Shown here piece by piece: positions 39,609-49,154 of a stretch of 64,000 nt of DNA. Each line of letters opens with the position of its first letter. The first letter of the stretch is position 1. The position numbers and the translations under genes were made by a program. The DNA is from Thermoplasmatota archaeon (GTDB lineage: Archaea; Thermoplasmatota; Penumbrarchaeia; Penumbrarchaeales; EX4484-36): positions 6,477 to 70,476 of the forward strand of contig JAOZQA010000003.1 of NCBI GenBank assembly GCA_029932465.1, read 5' to 3'. The notes beneath the pieces were generated by a model. That model was given only the letters and a program-made list of their open reading frames with translations, was not told where the DNA came from and ran no database searches.

Positions 39609-40895
39609 ATGAATATGACTGAGAATAGGAATGGTATTGTGGGTAGAGAGGGTGTTAAACGTATATTTGCGATCCCCCCTCCAAGTTATATCTTCTTAAT
39701 TGTTTTACTATTAGTTATTACCCCAGTTGCGATGGGAGATATGAATCAGGATGACAGAACGGTATTCACGGATGCCTCTGGGGATGTTTTTTCCGTCATG
39801 GAGGCAACATCAGTGACTTTCGGAGACTTTATAGATATCACAAGGGTTGAGGAATGGGTGAATGCAGGTCAGATCCGCTTTGAGGTCACATTTGGCTCCA
39901 GAGCAGTGGTTGTTCTGGACCCGGACACCGAAGACAATCTCTTCCCGGAGTACAGACTCTATATAGACGTTGACGGTGATCAGATGGCAGACTTTATATG
40001 TGTGGCATACGCCCCACAATATGTCTACAACGGCTATAACACGTTTCTTATGAGGGTGAAGGATAACCACGCCTATTACTTCAACTCAACGGGGAACGGT
40101 ACTAATACTCTTCACATCGCCTTCCCCATTGAGTATCTCGGGACTCCCTCCTTCGTTGACTTCTACGCGGAGGCTAGAATATCCTTTTTATCCGACTATG
40201 CCGTTGATTACTGTCCTGACCTGGGATTTGGCTACAACTACAAGGCACTTCCGGGGGAGGAGAACCCGACGGATTCTTCTGTCCGTATAACGATAGACGA
40301 TAATGTAATTTACAGGGTGGAGGTAGAAGAGGAATTAGACGATACTGTACATCGGGGATATACTTATATAACGGGAAGTGCCGAGGGGGCAGATCACGTC
40401 AGGATATGTTTTGAAAAACACTACAGTGATGGGACGGTAAGGGTCAGCGGTTGGATTGGGGAGTTTGATGAGAACAAGTTAGACAACTGGACAAGAAGTA
40501 TGTACGGTATGGAAAAGTACCACTTCACCTTTGAAGATGGGAGGTGGGAGTACTTGGTGAAGTGGGAGCTTTCAGAGAAAGAGGCACCCCTCAGCCTGAG
40601 ATATAAAGAAGATCTGAAATTGAAGTATGTTGTTATATGGGTGAGGGCATATAGTGATGAGGGGGAGAGTAAGTGGAATCAGGCGTCAATAAGGTTGAAT
40701 ATGGTGGAGACTGGACGTGGAGGGTATGAGGGGGTGGTTGGAAATGGGGAAAGTGGTAGAAGAACTTTATACTTCTACGCCATCATCATCGAAGGGATCC
40801 TTATAGTTGTAGCAGTGATTTACGCGTTTATATATAAAATGAGAACAAAAGGAAAGAAGGAAAATTCCGGTGCAACGACAGATGAGTCCGGGTGA
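39609..40895 (+). CDS. Hypothetical secreted, C-terminally anchored protein; N-terminal domain resembles DOMON/CBM9-like beta-sandwiches
   Basis: Signal-like hydrophobic segment, 'D.SGDV...IDITRV...IRFEV.F...YRLYIDVDGD', and a C-terminal TM + basic tail. Visibly lower GC than its neighbours. Confidence 0.65.
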   Translation: MNMTENRNGIVGREGVKRIFAIPPPSYIFLIVLLLVITPVAMGDMNQDDRTVFTDASGDVFSVMEATSVTFGDFIDITRVEEWVNAGQIRFEVTFGSRAVVVLDPDTEDNLFPEYRLYIDVDGDQMADFICVAYAPQYVYNGYNTFLMRVKDNHAYYFNSTGNGTNTLHIAFPIEYLGTPSFVDFYAEARISFLSDYAVDYCPDLGFGYNYKALPGEENPTDSSVRITIDDNVIYRVEVEEELDDTVHRGYTYITGSAEGADHVRICFEKHYSDGTVRVSGWIGEFDENKLDNWTRSMYGMEKYHFTFEDGRWEYLVKWELSEKEAPLSLRYKEDLKLKYVVIWVRAYSDEGESKWNQASIRLNMVETGRGGYEGVVGNGESGRRTLYFYAIIIEGILIVVAVIYAFIYKMRTKGKKENSGATTDESG

Positions 40896-40903
40896 TGAAC
40901 TGA

Positions 40904-41044
40904 TTTGAACTTCTGGAGACCAGTAAGGGATCAGGTGGAGAGGGGTTAGAGTTCAAGATTTTTGTTCTGGGTGGTCTGGTTCTTATGATGTGCATTGTGG
41001 CTGTTATTCTATATTATAGAAAGTGGGGTTTTCATAAGAGATGA
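40904..41044 (+). pseudogene. Orphan fragment encoding a linker + TM anchor + basic tail (remnant of a surface-protein gene)
   Basis: Translates as FELLETSKGSGGEGLEFKIFVLGGLVLMMCIVAVILYYRKWGFHKR*, preceded in frame by ATG AAC TGA. Confidence 0.5.
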
Positions 41045-41373
41045 AGTAGTGTAAGAAGGGCGAAAATTCTTCGTGTTAGGATAGAAAAAAAATATACCAG
41101 CGGATCCATTCATTTCAGTATGTAGGAGCGGTACGCGTGGAGGCGGGGAGGTTAGGTTGTTGCAGTTGAGATGAGGTGGGGAATTGCTGAGAGGAGGGGG
41201 ATAACGGTTTGGTGGTGTTATTCTTAACACTACAGCAGTGGCTAAATATGGGAAAAAATCAGGTTGTTGTTAATAGCCTAAGTGGGAGATCTTTTTAACA
41301 CAAAATGAGGGGATAGCGAGGGGTTACAACATCAGCCTCAAGACAGTGAGATTTTGAACGCTTAAATTAGTAC

Positions 41374-43197
41374 CTAGGAGGACGTTGTGAGATAGACTAC
41401 CTCTCCTATAAGGTTCCATGAGTTCCCTGAGTCCTGCCACGTGATGATTCCAAGCGGTCCCCGGGAGGTGATAGGACCTGCTGAGATGCAGGAAATCTCC
41501 ACCTTCCAGACCCCTCCGGTGCCCTCCCCTATGTATCTGATCTCAATCCTTCCGTCAGAGGCGGTTCTCTCCTCCACCACGTCGTTCCCCGGGGAGATGA
41601 GCCGAAGAGAAAACTCGTCTGGTTCGTTTCTCTGGTATGCCCTCACGGGCTCATCCTGCCAGAGGAGAGTGAGGTTGATGTGGAGCACACATCCTGTTAT
41701 GTTGTAAGAAAAAGTGCTCACCTCGCCCTCAGCAGTGTAGCCGCTCTCACTCAAATCCATCCGAAAAGCTTCCTCCACCGCCTGCTGGGAAGGGGCCTTC
41801 TCACCCTCGGGAGGGTAGTAGGTGGATGTGCCCATGGCATAGGAGCCGAGGAGCAGAACCGGGATGAGAAGGACTGCAAGGGTCAGTGCGGAGCGGGACT
41901 CCAGAGAGGAGGGTCTCCTAGCCCTCCTCAGGACTTCTTCCACAGCGAGATGTCTGTCTTCATAGGCTACCATCCTTCTACCCAGGGTGTTATTATACAC
42001 GATAAAGGTTATCAGGGTGAGGAGGCCTATGGAGGCGATGATGCCCCAGAAGAACTTCACCATATGCCAGCCCTCGGCAACGTACTGGAAGAGATAGGCA
42101 CCTACCATATTCCCCAGGGTTATCCCCACCATCGAAGGCAGGAAGGTTGCACCCATGTAGATGGCCATTTTTTCTTTCGGTGCAAGCTTTGATATGTAGC
42201 TCAAAAATGCCGGGGCCACGATGAACTCTCCGATGGAAAGGACGATGATCCCAATGACGAAGGCATAGAAGTCGAGTATGAAGCCGAGGACACAAATGCC
42301 TATGATGTATATTATAACCCCGGTGAGCATCGCCTTTAAAGTGTCCACCTTCTCCACGGCCTTACTTAGGAGGGGACCTGCCAGGACTATGGTCAGTGGG
42401 TTGAACACCGCTACACCTGCTGGCGGAAACCATGCGGGGAGCACACCGAACTCAAGCCCGTGGAGGACCACCACAACGTTGTTCATAGCGTACATGAACC
42501 AGAAGCCCGCTATGATGAGAAGTAAAACGGCGAACTTCAGGTCCCTAACAACCTCCCAGATATTTAGGACGGATCTCTTCACAGTGAGTGTGCGGTCGGG
42601 CTCAGTCGCATCTTTGAAGAAAAAGAAGCAGAGGACAAAGTCCGCGAATAGAAGGGATGAGGCTACGTAATAGGCGTAGACGTAGGCGGAGCGGGGGAAT
42701 GTGAAAGCGAAGATAGCCGGTGTTATGGCGGCTCCAAGGTTCACCACCCAATAGTAGAGGCTGAAGGCTAGGTTTCTCTCCTCAGTCGGCGTAGCCTTCC
42801 CGATGGTTGAGGAGATAAGGGGTTTGTAGGAGCCTATGCCGAAACCTATAGCCATATAACCAAGAACGAGAAGCTCGAAGGATGTGAGGCGGGGGATGAG
42901 GAAATAGACTGTGGAGAGGAAGCCGAAGGCGAAGAGCATCTGCCTTCTGTACCCGAACTTCTCTGCCAGGGCCCCACTGAATATGGGGAGGAGATAGAGG
43001 AAGGGCATCATCACTCCTGTTATGACCCCTACCCTTCCGGCAGGGATGCCGAGGGTGTACCTGGCGTAGTAGGGCAATATGGCCAGCATACCATAGTAGG
43101 CCGCCCTCTCCATAAGCTCAAAGGTGATGACCACCCAGAATATGGGGGGGAGCTTCTCAAAGAGCTTGATTCTCTTCAAGGAGTTCGTGGAGGGCAT
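41374..43197 (-). CDS. MFS transporter (POT/peptide-like) with an extra TM and a C-terminal extracellular domain
   Basis: ExxERxxYYG motif (ELMERAAYYG), 'GALAEKFG', 'YKP.IS', 'FSLYYW.VNLGA' and 'IGE...P'. About 130 aa of beta-rich extension after a 13th TM. Confidence 0.88.
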   Translation of the reverse strand: MPSTNSLKRIKLFEKLPPIFWVVITFELMERAAYYGMLAILPYYARYTLGIPAGRVGVITGVMMPFLYLLPIFSGALAEKFGYRRQMLFAFGFLSTVYFLIPRLTSFELLVLGYMAIGFGIGSYKPLISSTIGKATPTEERNLAFSLYYWVVNLGAAITPAIFAFTFPRSAYVYAYYVASSLLFADFVLCFFFFKDATEPDRTLTVKRSVLNIWEVVRDLKFAVLLLIIAGFWFMYAMNNVVVVLHGLEFGVLPAWFPPAGVAVFNPLTIVLAGPLLSKAVEKVDTLKAMLTGVIIYIIGICVLGFILDFYAFVIGIIVLSIGEFIVAPAFLSYISKLAPKEKMAIYMGATFLPSMVGITLGNMVGAYLFQYVAEGWHMVKFFWGIIASIGLLTLITFIVYNNTLGRRMVAYEDRHLAVEEVLRRARRPSSLESRSALTLAVLLIPVLLLGSYAMGTSTYYPPEGEKAPSQQAVEEAFRMDLSESGYTAEGEVSTFSYNITGCVLHINLTLLWQDEPVRAYQRNEPDEFSLRLISPGNDVVEERTASDGRIEIRYIGEGTGGVWKVEISCISAGPITSRGPLGIITWQDSGNSWNLIGEVVYLTTSS

Positions 43198-43302
43198 ACG
43201 GCGCTGAAGGGGAGAATGTTATTTAAAGGATTATCCCGACCTTAAGCAAGTGAGGAGAGAACCTGAAAACGGTTAAATAGAACGCCCTCAATCACCGCAT
43301 CC

Positions 43303-44013
43303 GTGGAGGCTGAAAAGGAGGCAGGCTTCAGAAGGTTTCTCACAACGGACCTTCAGAAGAAAACGCGTGATATTATCATTTTTCAGCTTACCTTCCCCTT
43401 CCTTCTAAGCGCTCTCGGCATAATGATCCTGTATTACTACTGCTTCATCTTTTTGGACAAACACCTCTTTTTCGTTCTTGGAGGCTTTATGCTAGCATAC
43501 TTCTTTCCCCCTGCTGGAAAAGAGTCTGTCATACCCATTGCCATATCTCAGGGGATCCCTTACTACTTAATTGCCCTCTCTCTTACCTTCATAGATTCTA
43601 TGGTCTCCCTCTTCCTCATCTGGAACTACGACTATGCCAAGAAGATACCCTTCTTCGGACACCTGCTCAGGCTCGTTGAAAGAAGGGGGAGGAAGGTTAT
43701 CTCTCAGTCAAGGATCCTCTCCAAGTTTGCCTTCACGGCGCTGGTTCTCTTCGTGATGATCCCCTTTCAAGGCACTGGGGGGGCCGGTGCCACCGTGATA
43801 GGGCGGTTGATCGGAATGAACCCTTATAAGGTGTTAGCCGCCGTTGTGACAGGTGCTCTGCTCGGCACCTTTCTTATAGGCTTCCTCTCGAGCAACATTT
43901 TAAAATACGTAAAATTGGGGGCCCTTGGGGTGGTGGTGGTTATACTTGCAGCTATCGCAGCTTATAACGCTTATACCTACGTCAAGGAGAAAAGAGAGGA
44001 GGCCGGAAGATGA
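43303..44013 (+). CDS. Small multidrug export-like membrane protein (COG2426-like)
   Basis: 'PPAGKESVIPIAI', 'LFVMIPFQGTGG..A..IG.L.GM'. Confidence 0.7.
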   Translation: MEAEKEAGFRRFLTTDLQKKTRDIIIFQLTFPFLLSALGIMILYYYCFIFLDKHLFFVLGGFMLAYFFPPAGKESVIPIAISQGIPYYLIALSLTFIDSMVSLFLIWNYDYAKKIPFFGHLLRLVERRGRKVISQSRILSKFAFTALVLFVMIPFQGTGGAGATVIGRLIGMNPYKVLAAVVTGALLGTFLIGFLSSNILKYVKLGALGVVVVILAAIAAYNAYTYVKEKREEAGR

Positions 44014-44969
44014 CAGGAAAAAGAGTTCTGGTTACCGGAGGGGCAGGCTTCATCGGAAGCCATCTGGTTGAGGAGCTCCTCAAGAGGGGAAGAGAGGTTG
44101 CTGTCGTCGATGACCTCTCCGCGGGCAAGCTAGAATACCTTGAGGGAGTGATGGACCACCCGAATATGGATTTCCATAAATTGGACATCCTCAGAACCGA
44201 GGAGCTGAAGGAGTTTATGGGGGGGGTGGAGGTGGTCTACCACCTAGCCGCCAACCCGGAGGTGAGAATCGGCGAGAGCGACACCTGGATACACATCGAG
44301 CAGAATCTTCTCGCCACAAGAAGTGTCCTTGAGGCCATGAAGGAGTCAGGAAGGGCGCGGACCATACTCTTCACCTCAACGTCCGCGGTCTACGGAGATG
44401 CGGAAGTGATACCAACCCCTGAGACCTACGCCCCGCTGTTTCCCATATCCCACTACGGCGCTTCAAAGCTTGGTGCCGAAGCTCTTCTTTCCTCCTACTC
44501 TCACTATTTTGGTTTCCACTCCCTTATATTCCGCTTCGCAAATTGCGTTGGCCCAAGGCTTACCCACGGAGTTATCTACGATTTTGTAAATAAGTTGAGG
44601 CGGAACCCTCAAGAGCTTGAAATACTGGGGGACGGCACCCAGAGGAAGTCCTATGTGCACGTGAAGGACTGCGTTGAGGCCATGCTCGTTGCGGAGAAAA
44701 GGTGCTCCAGGCAGGTGGACGTTTTCAACATAGGCTCCGACGATTGGGTGGACGTGAAGAGGATCGCAGAGATAGTTGTGGAGGCCATGGGCCTTGAGGG
44801 TGTGCGATTTAAATACAGAAAAGTGACGGAGGACGGCAGAGGCTGGAAGGGTGATGTGAAGTTCATGAGGCTGGACAACTCCAAGATAAAATCGCTGGGA
44901 TGGAGGCCCACCTTCACCTCCGAGGAGGCCGTAAGGGAGACAGCCCTCTACGTGGCATCGCTTCAGTAG
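44010..44969 (+). CDS. NAD-dependent nucleotide-sugar epimerase/dehydratase (UDP-glucose 4-epimerase-like)
   Basis: VLVTGGAGFIGSH, TSAVYG, YGASK and GDGTQ.KSY. Confidence 0.92.
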   Translation: MTGKRVLVTGGAGFIGSHLVEELLKRGREVAVVDDLSAGKLEYLEGVMDHPNMDFHKLDILRTEELKEFMGGVEVVYHLAANPEVRIGESDTWIHIEQNLLATRSVLEAMKESGRARTILFTSTSAVYGDAEVIPTPETYAPLFPISHYGASKLGAEALLSSYSHYFGFHSLIFRFANCVGPRLTHGVIYDFVNKLRRNPQELEILGDGTQRKSYVHVKDCVEAMLVAEKRCSRQVDVFNIGSDDWVDVKRIAEIVVEAMGLEGVRFKYRKVTEDGRGWKGDVKFMRLDNSKIKSLGWRPTFTSEEAVRETALYVASLQ

Positions 44970-44973
44970 CGCT

Positions 44974-45939
44974 TCAGCCTATCTTCCCCCCGGAGAGGTA
45001 GCTTAACCTAGCCAGGAAGGCCTCCAGCTGTATCCTCTCCGAACCCCCCTCCACGATGCGGTATTCGCACTCCGAGAGGGCTTCTATAATCTTCACCTTC
45101 ATATCGTCGGGAAAGGTCATTCTGTATATTTCACGGTGGAGTTGCTTTATCAGGTCTTCCCCCCCCATCCCATAGGTGTTGAAAATCTCGGAGAGGGTGT
45201 TCCTAGCATCCACAAACCTCCCCTCTGCCGCGTCGGTGAGGAGCTTTCTCACCTCCTCGGGCCTTGCGGTGGAGGTGCTTTTGTAGAGCACCTCGGGGTC
45301 TATTTTATTTGAGAAGCTCGCTGCTACCTGAAGGGTGTTTATGGCCTTCCTCATGTCGCCTTCGGATATGTAAAGCAGGGTATCCAAGGCATCATCTGTT
45401 ATCTCAAGACCCTCTTTCTCTGCTATTCTCAGCATCAGCTTTTTCACGTCCTCTGCCCTCAGTTTGGTGAAGCGGAAGACGGCACACCTCGACTGGATGG
45501 GGTCAATGATCTTCGAGGAGTAGTTGCAGGAGAGTATGAACCTGCAGGTGCTGGAGTACCTCTCCATGGTTCTCCTCAAGGCTGCCTGGGCATCCGCAGT
45601 TAAGGCGTCGGCCTCATCAAGGAAGAGTATCTTGAATCGCGCCTCCCCGAAAGGGGCTGTCCTGGCGAAATCCTTTATCTTAGTCCTTACGATCTGTATC
45701 CCCCGCTCATCGGAGGCGTTGAGCTCCTGGAAGTTCTGCCTCCAGAGCTCCTCACCGTACATCTCCCTTGCCAAGGCTATGGCACAGGTGGTTTTCCCCG
45801 TGCCAGCAGGTCCCACAAAGAGGAGGTGGGGCATGTTTTTTATCTTAACGTAGGACTTCAGCCTCTTGACGATCTCCTCCTGTCCTACCACCTCCTCTAG
45901 AGTCTTGGGCCTGTACTTCTCTGTCCATATCTCCTGCAT
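44974..45939 (-). CDS. rfcS: Replication factor C small subunit
   Basis: WTEKYRP, GPAGTGKTT, ELNASDERG, LDEAD, AQ.ALRR.ME and IQSRC. No intein. Confidence 0.97.
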   Translation of the reverse strand: MQEIWTEKYRPKTLEEVVGQEEIVKRLKSYVKIKNMPHLLFVGPAGTGKTTCAIALAREMYGEELWRQNFQELNASDERGIQIVRTKIKDFARTAPFGEARFKILFLDEADALTADAQAALRRTMERYSSTCRFILSCNYSSKIIDPIQSRCAVFRFTKLRAEDVKKLMLRIAEKEGLEITDDALDTLLYISEGDMRKAINTLQVAASFSNKIDPEVLYKSTSTARPEEVRKLLTDAAEGRFVDARNTLSEIFNTYGMGGEDLIKQLHREIYRMTFPDDMKVKIIEALSECEYRIVEGGSERIQLEAFLARLSYLSGGKIG

Positions 45940-45945
45940 CTATCT

Positions 45946-46398
45946 TCACCCCTTCTCCTTTCGATACTTTTCAATCTTCCCCCTTCTCCTTATCCTCTTC
46001 TCATCGTTTAAGGGCTCCGTCTGAAGCCACTCCTTCACGATGGACCAGGCGAGCTCAGGGCCGACGACCCTTCCTCCCAGACAGAGCACGTTGGCCGCGT
46101 TGTGCAGCCGACTCATCCTTGCCATATACTCGTTGGTGCAGAGGGCGGCGATCACGCCTTCCACAAGGCTGGCAGCGTTGCACATTCCTATGCCGGTCCC
46201 GCATATGAGTATCCCCCCCTCCGCCTCCCCCCGGGAGACCTTCTCCGCCGCCTTGAAGGCAATATCCGGGTAGTCTACATCCTTGAACTCCATCGTTCCC
46301 ACGTCTTCCAAGAGGTAGCCCTCATCCTCGAGTCTTTCTTTAAGGAATTCCTTCAGGTGGTATCCGCCGTGGTCTGCACCTATGACTATCCTTTTCAT
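45946..46398 (-). CDS. rpiB: Ribose-5-phosphate isomerase B
   Basis: GADHGG, DYPD, ICGTGIG and HN.ANVLCLG.R. Confidence 0.93.
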   Translation of the reverse strand: MKRIVIGADHGGYHLKEFLKERLEDEGYLLEDVGTMEFKDVDYPDIAFKAAEKVSRGEAEGGILICGTGIGMCNAASLVEGVIAALCTNEYMARMSRLHNAANVLCLGGRVVGPELAWSIVKEWLQTEPLNDEKRIRRRGKIEKYRKEKG

Positions 46399-46400
46399 TA

Positions 46401-48617
46401 TCACTCCTCCAGGGTCCTTTTAGCTCTCATAAGGCGTACCCAGTAGAAAACAGCTATGAGTAGAGCACCTATGATGAGTGCTGCAAATGAGAGTGTTAGG
46501 ATGTAGTTCATTTCGCCGTCCTCCTCGCTCTCTCCCTTCACTTCAATCTGCGACTCATATATCGTTGTTCCCCGGGGGGTGTAAAGAAACACCTCCACAT
46601 CCTCTCCCTCCTTAAGGGGTTCTGGAAATGTGAGGAGCACCTCCCCGCCCTCCCCCTTTAGGGTGAAGGACTCGTAGGGTCCACCACCTACTCCGCCTCT
46701 TCTCATTCCAGCAAAGAGCTTCAGGTCGGAGTGAAGGGGAGAGGTGGTGTTCACTTCAATGAGTATATATTTGCTACCGGGCTGGATGCCCTTTACTTTC
46801 ACCTGAATGACCTCCCGCAAGCTGAAAACGTGTGCCCTCACAGCGACCTCCTGGGAGAGGTCAGCAACGCTGATGTTGAAGATGTAGGTATGGTTCCCTA
46901 GGAGGGCAGAGGGCTCCCTCGAACCGTTGATGGAGAACGTGATCTTCACCGAATCGCTGCGAGACTCCACTGAATAATTGAGGGCCCCGGGGGCTCCGAC
47001 AACGGCCACGGAGGGGAGGAGGAATCTGTAGATAGGGGTAGTATTTACCCTGAAGGTGATATCCACCTTCACCGGGTCGTCCACGAAGAGGTCAATGTCT
47101 ACCACCTCAGGCTCAACCATAAGCTCCTCGATCTTAACTTTCTTCACCTCCACCGGGTAGGTGAAGAGGAAAGAATTCCCGGAGTGGTTGATGAACACAT
47201 AGAGGGTATAGTTCCCCTCCGGCGTCTCCGGGAGGAGCTCAATGAAAAGAGTGCATGAGAGCGGGAACTCAGGTGTGGCCGTGACCTCATCTAAAAGCCG
47301 TGTGAATATGGTTGAGTTATCACCCTTTATTATTATCCTGCCGGATATGTTCCCAGGGGTATAGATGGTGGCAGAGAGGGTGTAGCATGAGAGATATCCT
47401 GGGTAGAGTTCAAGGCGGTCAACGGGCTCTCCCTCCTCGTCTAAAATCTTAAGACTTACCATCCCCTCCGCGTAGTATATCTTGGCAATGTAGCCGGTGT
47501 AAGCGGTGACATATATCTCGTTCCCTTCAATTATGGAGTCAAAATCTCCTATCAGCACTCCGGCGAGCTCGAACTCCTTTATGTTGGGGGAGCTCCAGAC
47601 TACCCTTGTCTCTATATTCCCACTCACCTCGATCCCCAGGGCGAGGATGTTGGAGTACCCTGTCATGACGGTCACGTTCACCTCCCCGTCCACACTGAGG
47701 GGGCCAGTGGAGAGGCCCTCAAGTCCTCCTTCCCCTTCGGTATCATATATGACCTCTTCTCTGAGCACTCCTCCGGAGTAGCTCAGATGATATGCTTTTC
47801 CGGAGAGGCTCGTGACCACAAGCTCCGCTCCTTGGTCGTCGTCCAGCAGGTTGGCCTCCTTCACGTTGGTCAGGAGGAAGCGGTCCGTAAGAAGGCTCTT
47901 CTGAACGATACCCCCGCTGCTGTTCATCCATATTTCAATCAGGGTGGAATTCTGGGGATAGTCCAAGGTGGCGTAGAGTTCGCCCCCGGGGAGAGTGGGG
48001 TCGAAGTCGGTGTAGAGGAGGCTTTTCACGGGGGCAGAGGTGTTCAGGACGAGGTGCTCCCAGAGGCCCCCTTCCCTCCACAGGACGATTATGTGCGGGG
48101 TCTTCCAGTCCCCGAAATAGAGCTCCTCTCCGCTCACGTTCTTAAGAAGATCCCCCTTAGCCATGGCGAATAACTCGGCCTCCCAGGTGAATACCGTCTC
48201 GGTGCTCTCAAGAGCTAGTGAGCCGTCAAAGGTCAATATCCTCACGGCGCCCGAGTATCCATAAACCATCACCTGATTCTCCCTTGTGAAGTTCCCCCCG
48301 GGCTGCTCGATCCCCATTACAGGGTTCTCCCCCTCTTCATCGGGCTCTTCACTGAATACTATACTTGCCCCCTCCTTACCCTCCTCCTTCAGGAAGACTT
48401 TTCCGTTCCAGTCGGCGAAGACAAGCTCTCGCCTGGAGTCGGAATTCAGGTCGGTGATGGCAAGGGCCCCCGTAAGTGGCGTCTGGGACTGGTAGACGAT
48501 CTCAGATGCGAACTCCTCTGGGAAGGAACTGGCTCCGGATGCAGTCTTCAGGGATAGAAAGGCCGAGAAGAGAACAAGCAGCGTCAGGATGATACATTGG
48601 TGGAGGCGTTTGCTCAT
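46401..48617 (-). CDS. Membrane-anchored surface protein with FG-GAP-like beta-propeller repeats
   Basis: Signal peptide from MSKRLHQ. Repeats 'AITDLNSDSRRELV', 'KGDLLKNVSGEELY', 'TDFDPTLPGGELY' and 'IGDFDSIIEGNEIY'. C-terminal TM. Confidence 0.75.
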   Translation of the reverse strand: MSKRLHQCIILTLLVLFSAFLSLKTASGASSFPEEFASEIVYQSQTPLTGALAITDLNSDSRRELVFADWNGKVFLKEEGKEGASIVFSEEPDEEGENPVMGIEQPGGNFTRENQVMVYGYSGAVRILTFDGSLALESTETVFTWEAELFAMAKGDLLKNVSGEELYFGDWKTPHIIVLWREGGLWEHLVLNTSAPVKSLLYTDFDPTLPGGELYATLDYPQNSTLIEIWMNSSGGIVQKSLLTDRFLLTNVKEANLLDDDQGAELVVTSLSGKAYHLSYSGGVLREEVIYDTEGEGGLEGLSTGPLSVDGEVNVTVMTGYSNILALGIEVSGNIETRVVWSSPNIKEFELAGVLIGDFDSIIEGNEIYVTAYTGYIAKIYYAEGMVSLKILDEEGEPVDRLELYPGYLSCYTLSATIYTPGNISGRIIIKGDNSTIFTRLLDEVTATPEFPLSCTLFIELLPETPEGNYTLYVFINHSGNSFLFTYPVEVKKVKIEELMVEPEVVDIDLFVDDPVKVDITFRVNTTPIYRFLLPSVAVVGAPGALNYSVESRSDSVKITFSINGSREPSALLGNHTYIFNISVADLSQEVAVRAHVFSLREVIQVKVKGIQPGSKYILIEVNTTSPLHSDLKLFAGMRRGGVGGGPYESFTLKGEGGEVLLTFPEPLKEGEDVEVFLYTPRGTTIYESQIEVKGESEEDGEMNYILTLSFAALIIGALLIAVFYWVRLMRAKRTLEE

Positions 48618-48719
48618 GTGGTATTCTCTATATGTGAGGGTATATAAATTGTGTTGAGGGGGCAGTGCAAGTTTAAACCAAAAATACAATAAATAAAAAG
48701 CTCTGTGTAAACCCCGCCC

Positions 48720-49154
48720 ATGGCGAAAAAAAAGATGGATTCTGTGCTCTCCCGCTACAGGGAGGTCTCCCCGAGAGCGGTGCTCCTCACGTCGCTGTCG
48801 GTCATAGTCATCGTGATGGCAGCCTTCAGGTATGCAGAGGAGAGAAGGGAAGAGGTGTTCCGTGAGGCTGCCGAGGGGGAGTACAGAAGGTTTCTTCAGG
48901 AAGCAGGGGTCTTCTCCGGGGGAGATGTGGGGGTTCTTGCGATAAACCTCACCAGGGCGAGGGAGTTCGCCCCCACGGGGAAGATGGGGATTGAGATTAG
49001 AATTGAGGTGTATGGGAGAGAAGAACTTCACCTGAAGAAAGGGCCCTTAAGTGGCCCTTATGAGTACCGCCGAGAGACTAGGCTTCTTCTCTACGACTCC
49101 GGGGTGTACCTCCCAGCCATCCTGGAGTTCAGGGTGAGGGGGGAGGCGCCTTGA
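48720..49154 (+). CDS. Hypothetical protein with a single N-terminal TM (pilin-like cluster, gene 1)
   Basis: One hydrophobic helix; stop overlaps the next start (TTGA). Confidence 0.65.
   Translation: MAKKKMDSVLSRYREVSPRAVLLTSLSVIVIVMAAFRYAEERREEVFREAAEGEYRRFLQEAGVFSGGDVGVLAINLTRAREFAPTGKMGIEIRIEVYGREELHLKKGPLSGPYEYRRETRLLLYDSGVYLPAILEFRVRGEAP

Noticed and set aside
40895-40903. ATG AAC TGA as selenocysteine/readthrough or a -1 frameshift onto the spare anchor
   Set aside because: No SECIS-like element or redox context, and another stop (40883-85) lies in the same frame, blocking a frameshift extension of the upstream gene.
44974-45939. Intein in the RFC small subunit (a common insertion site)
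   Set aside because: The protein is normal length (321 aa) and continuous through Walker A.
48618-49031. N-terminal extension of the 876-aa minus-strand ORF
   Set aside because: It is antisense to the 48720 gene and spans the divergent promoter; the signal peptide starts at 48617.
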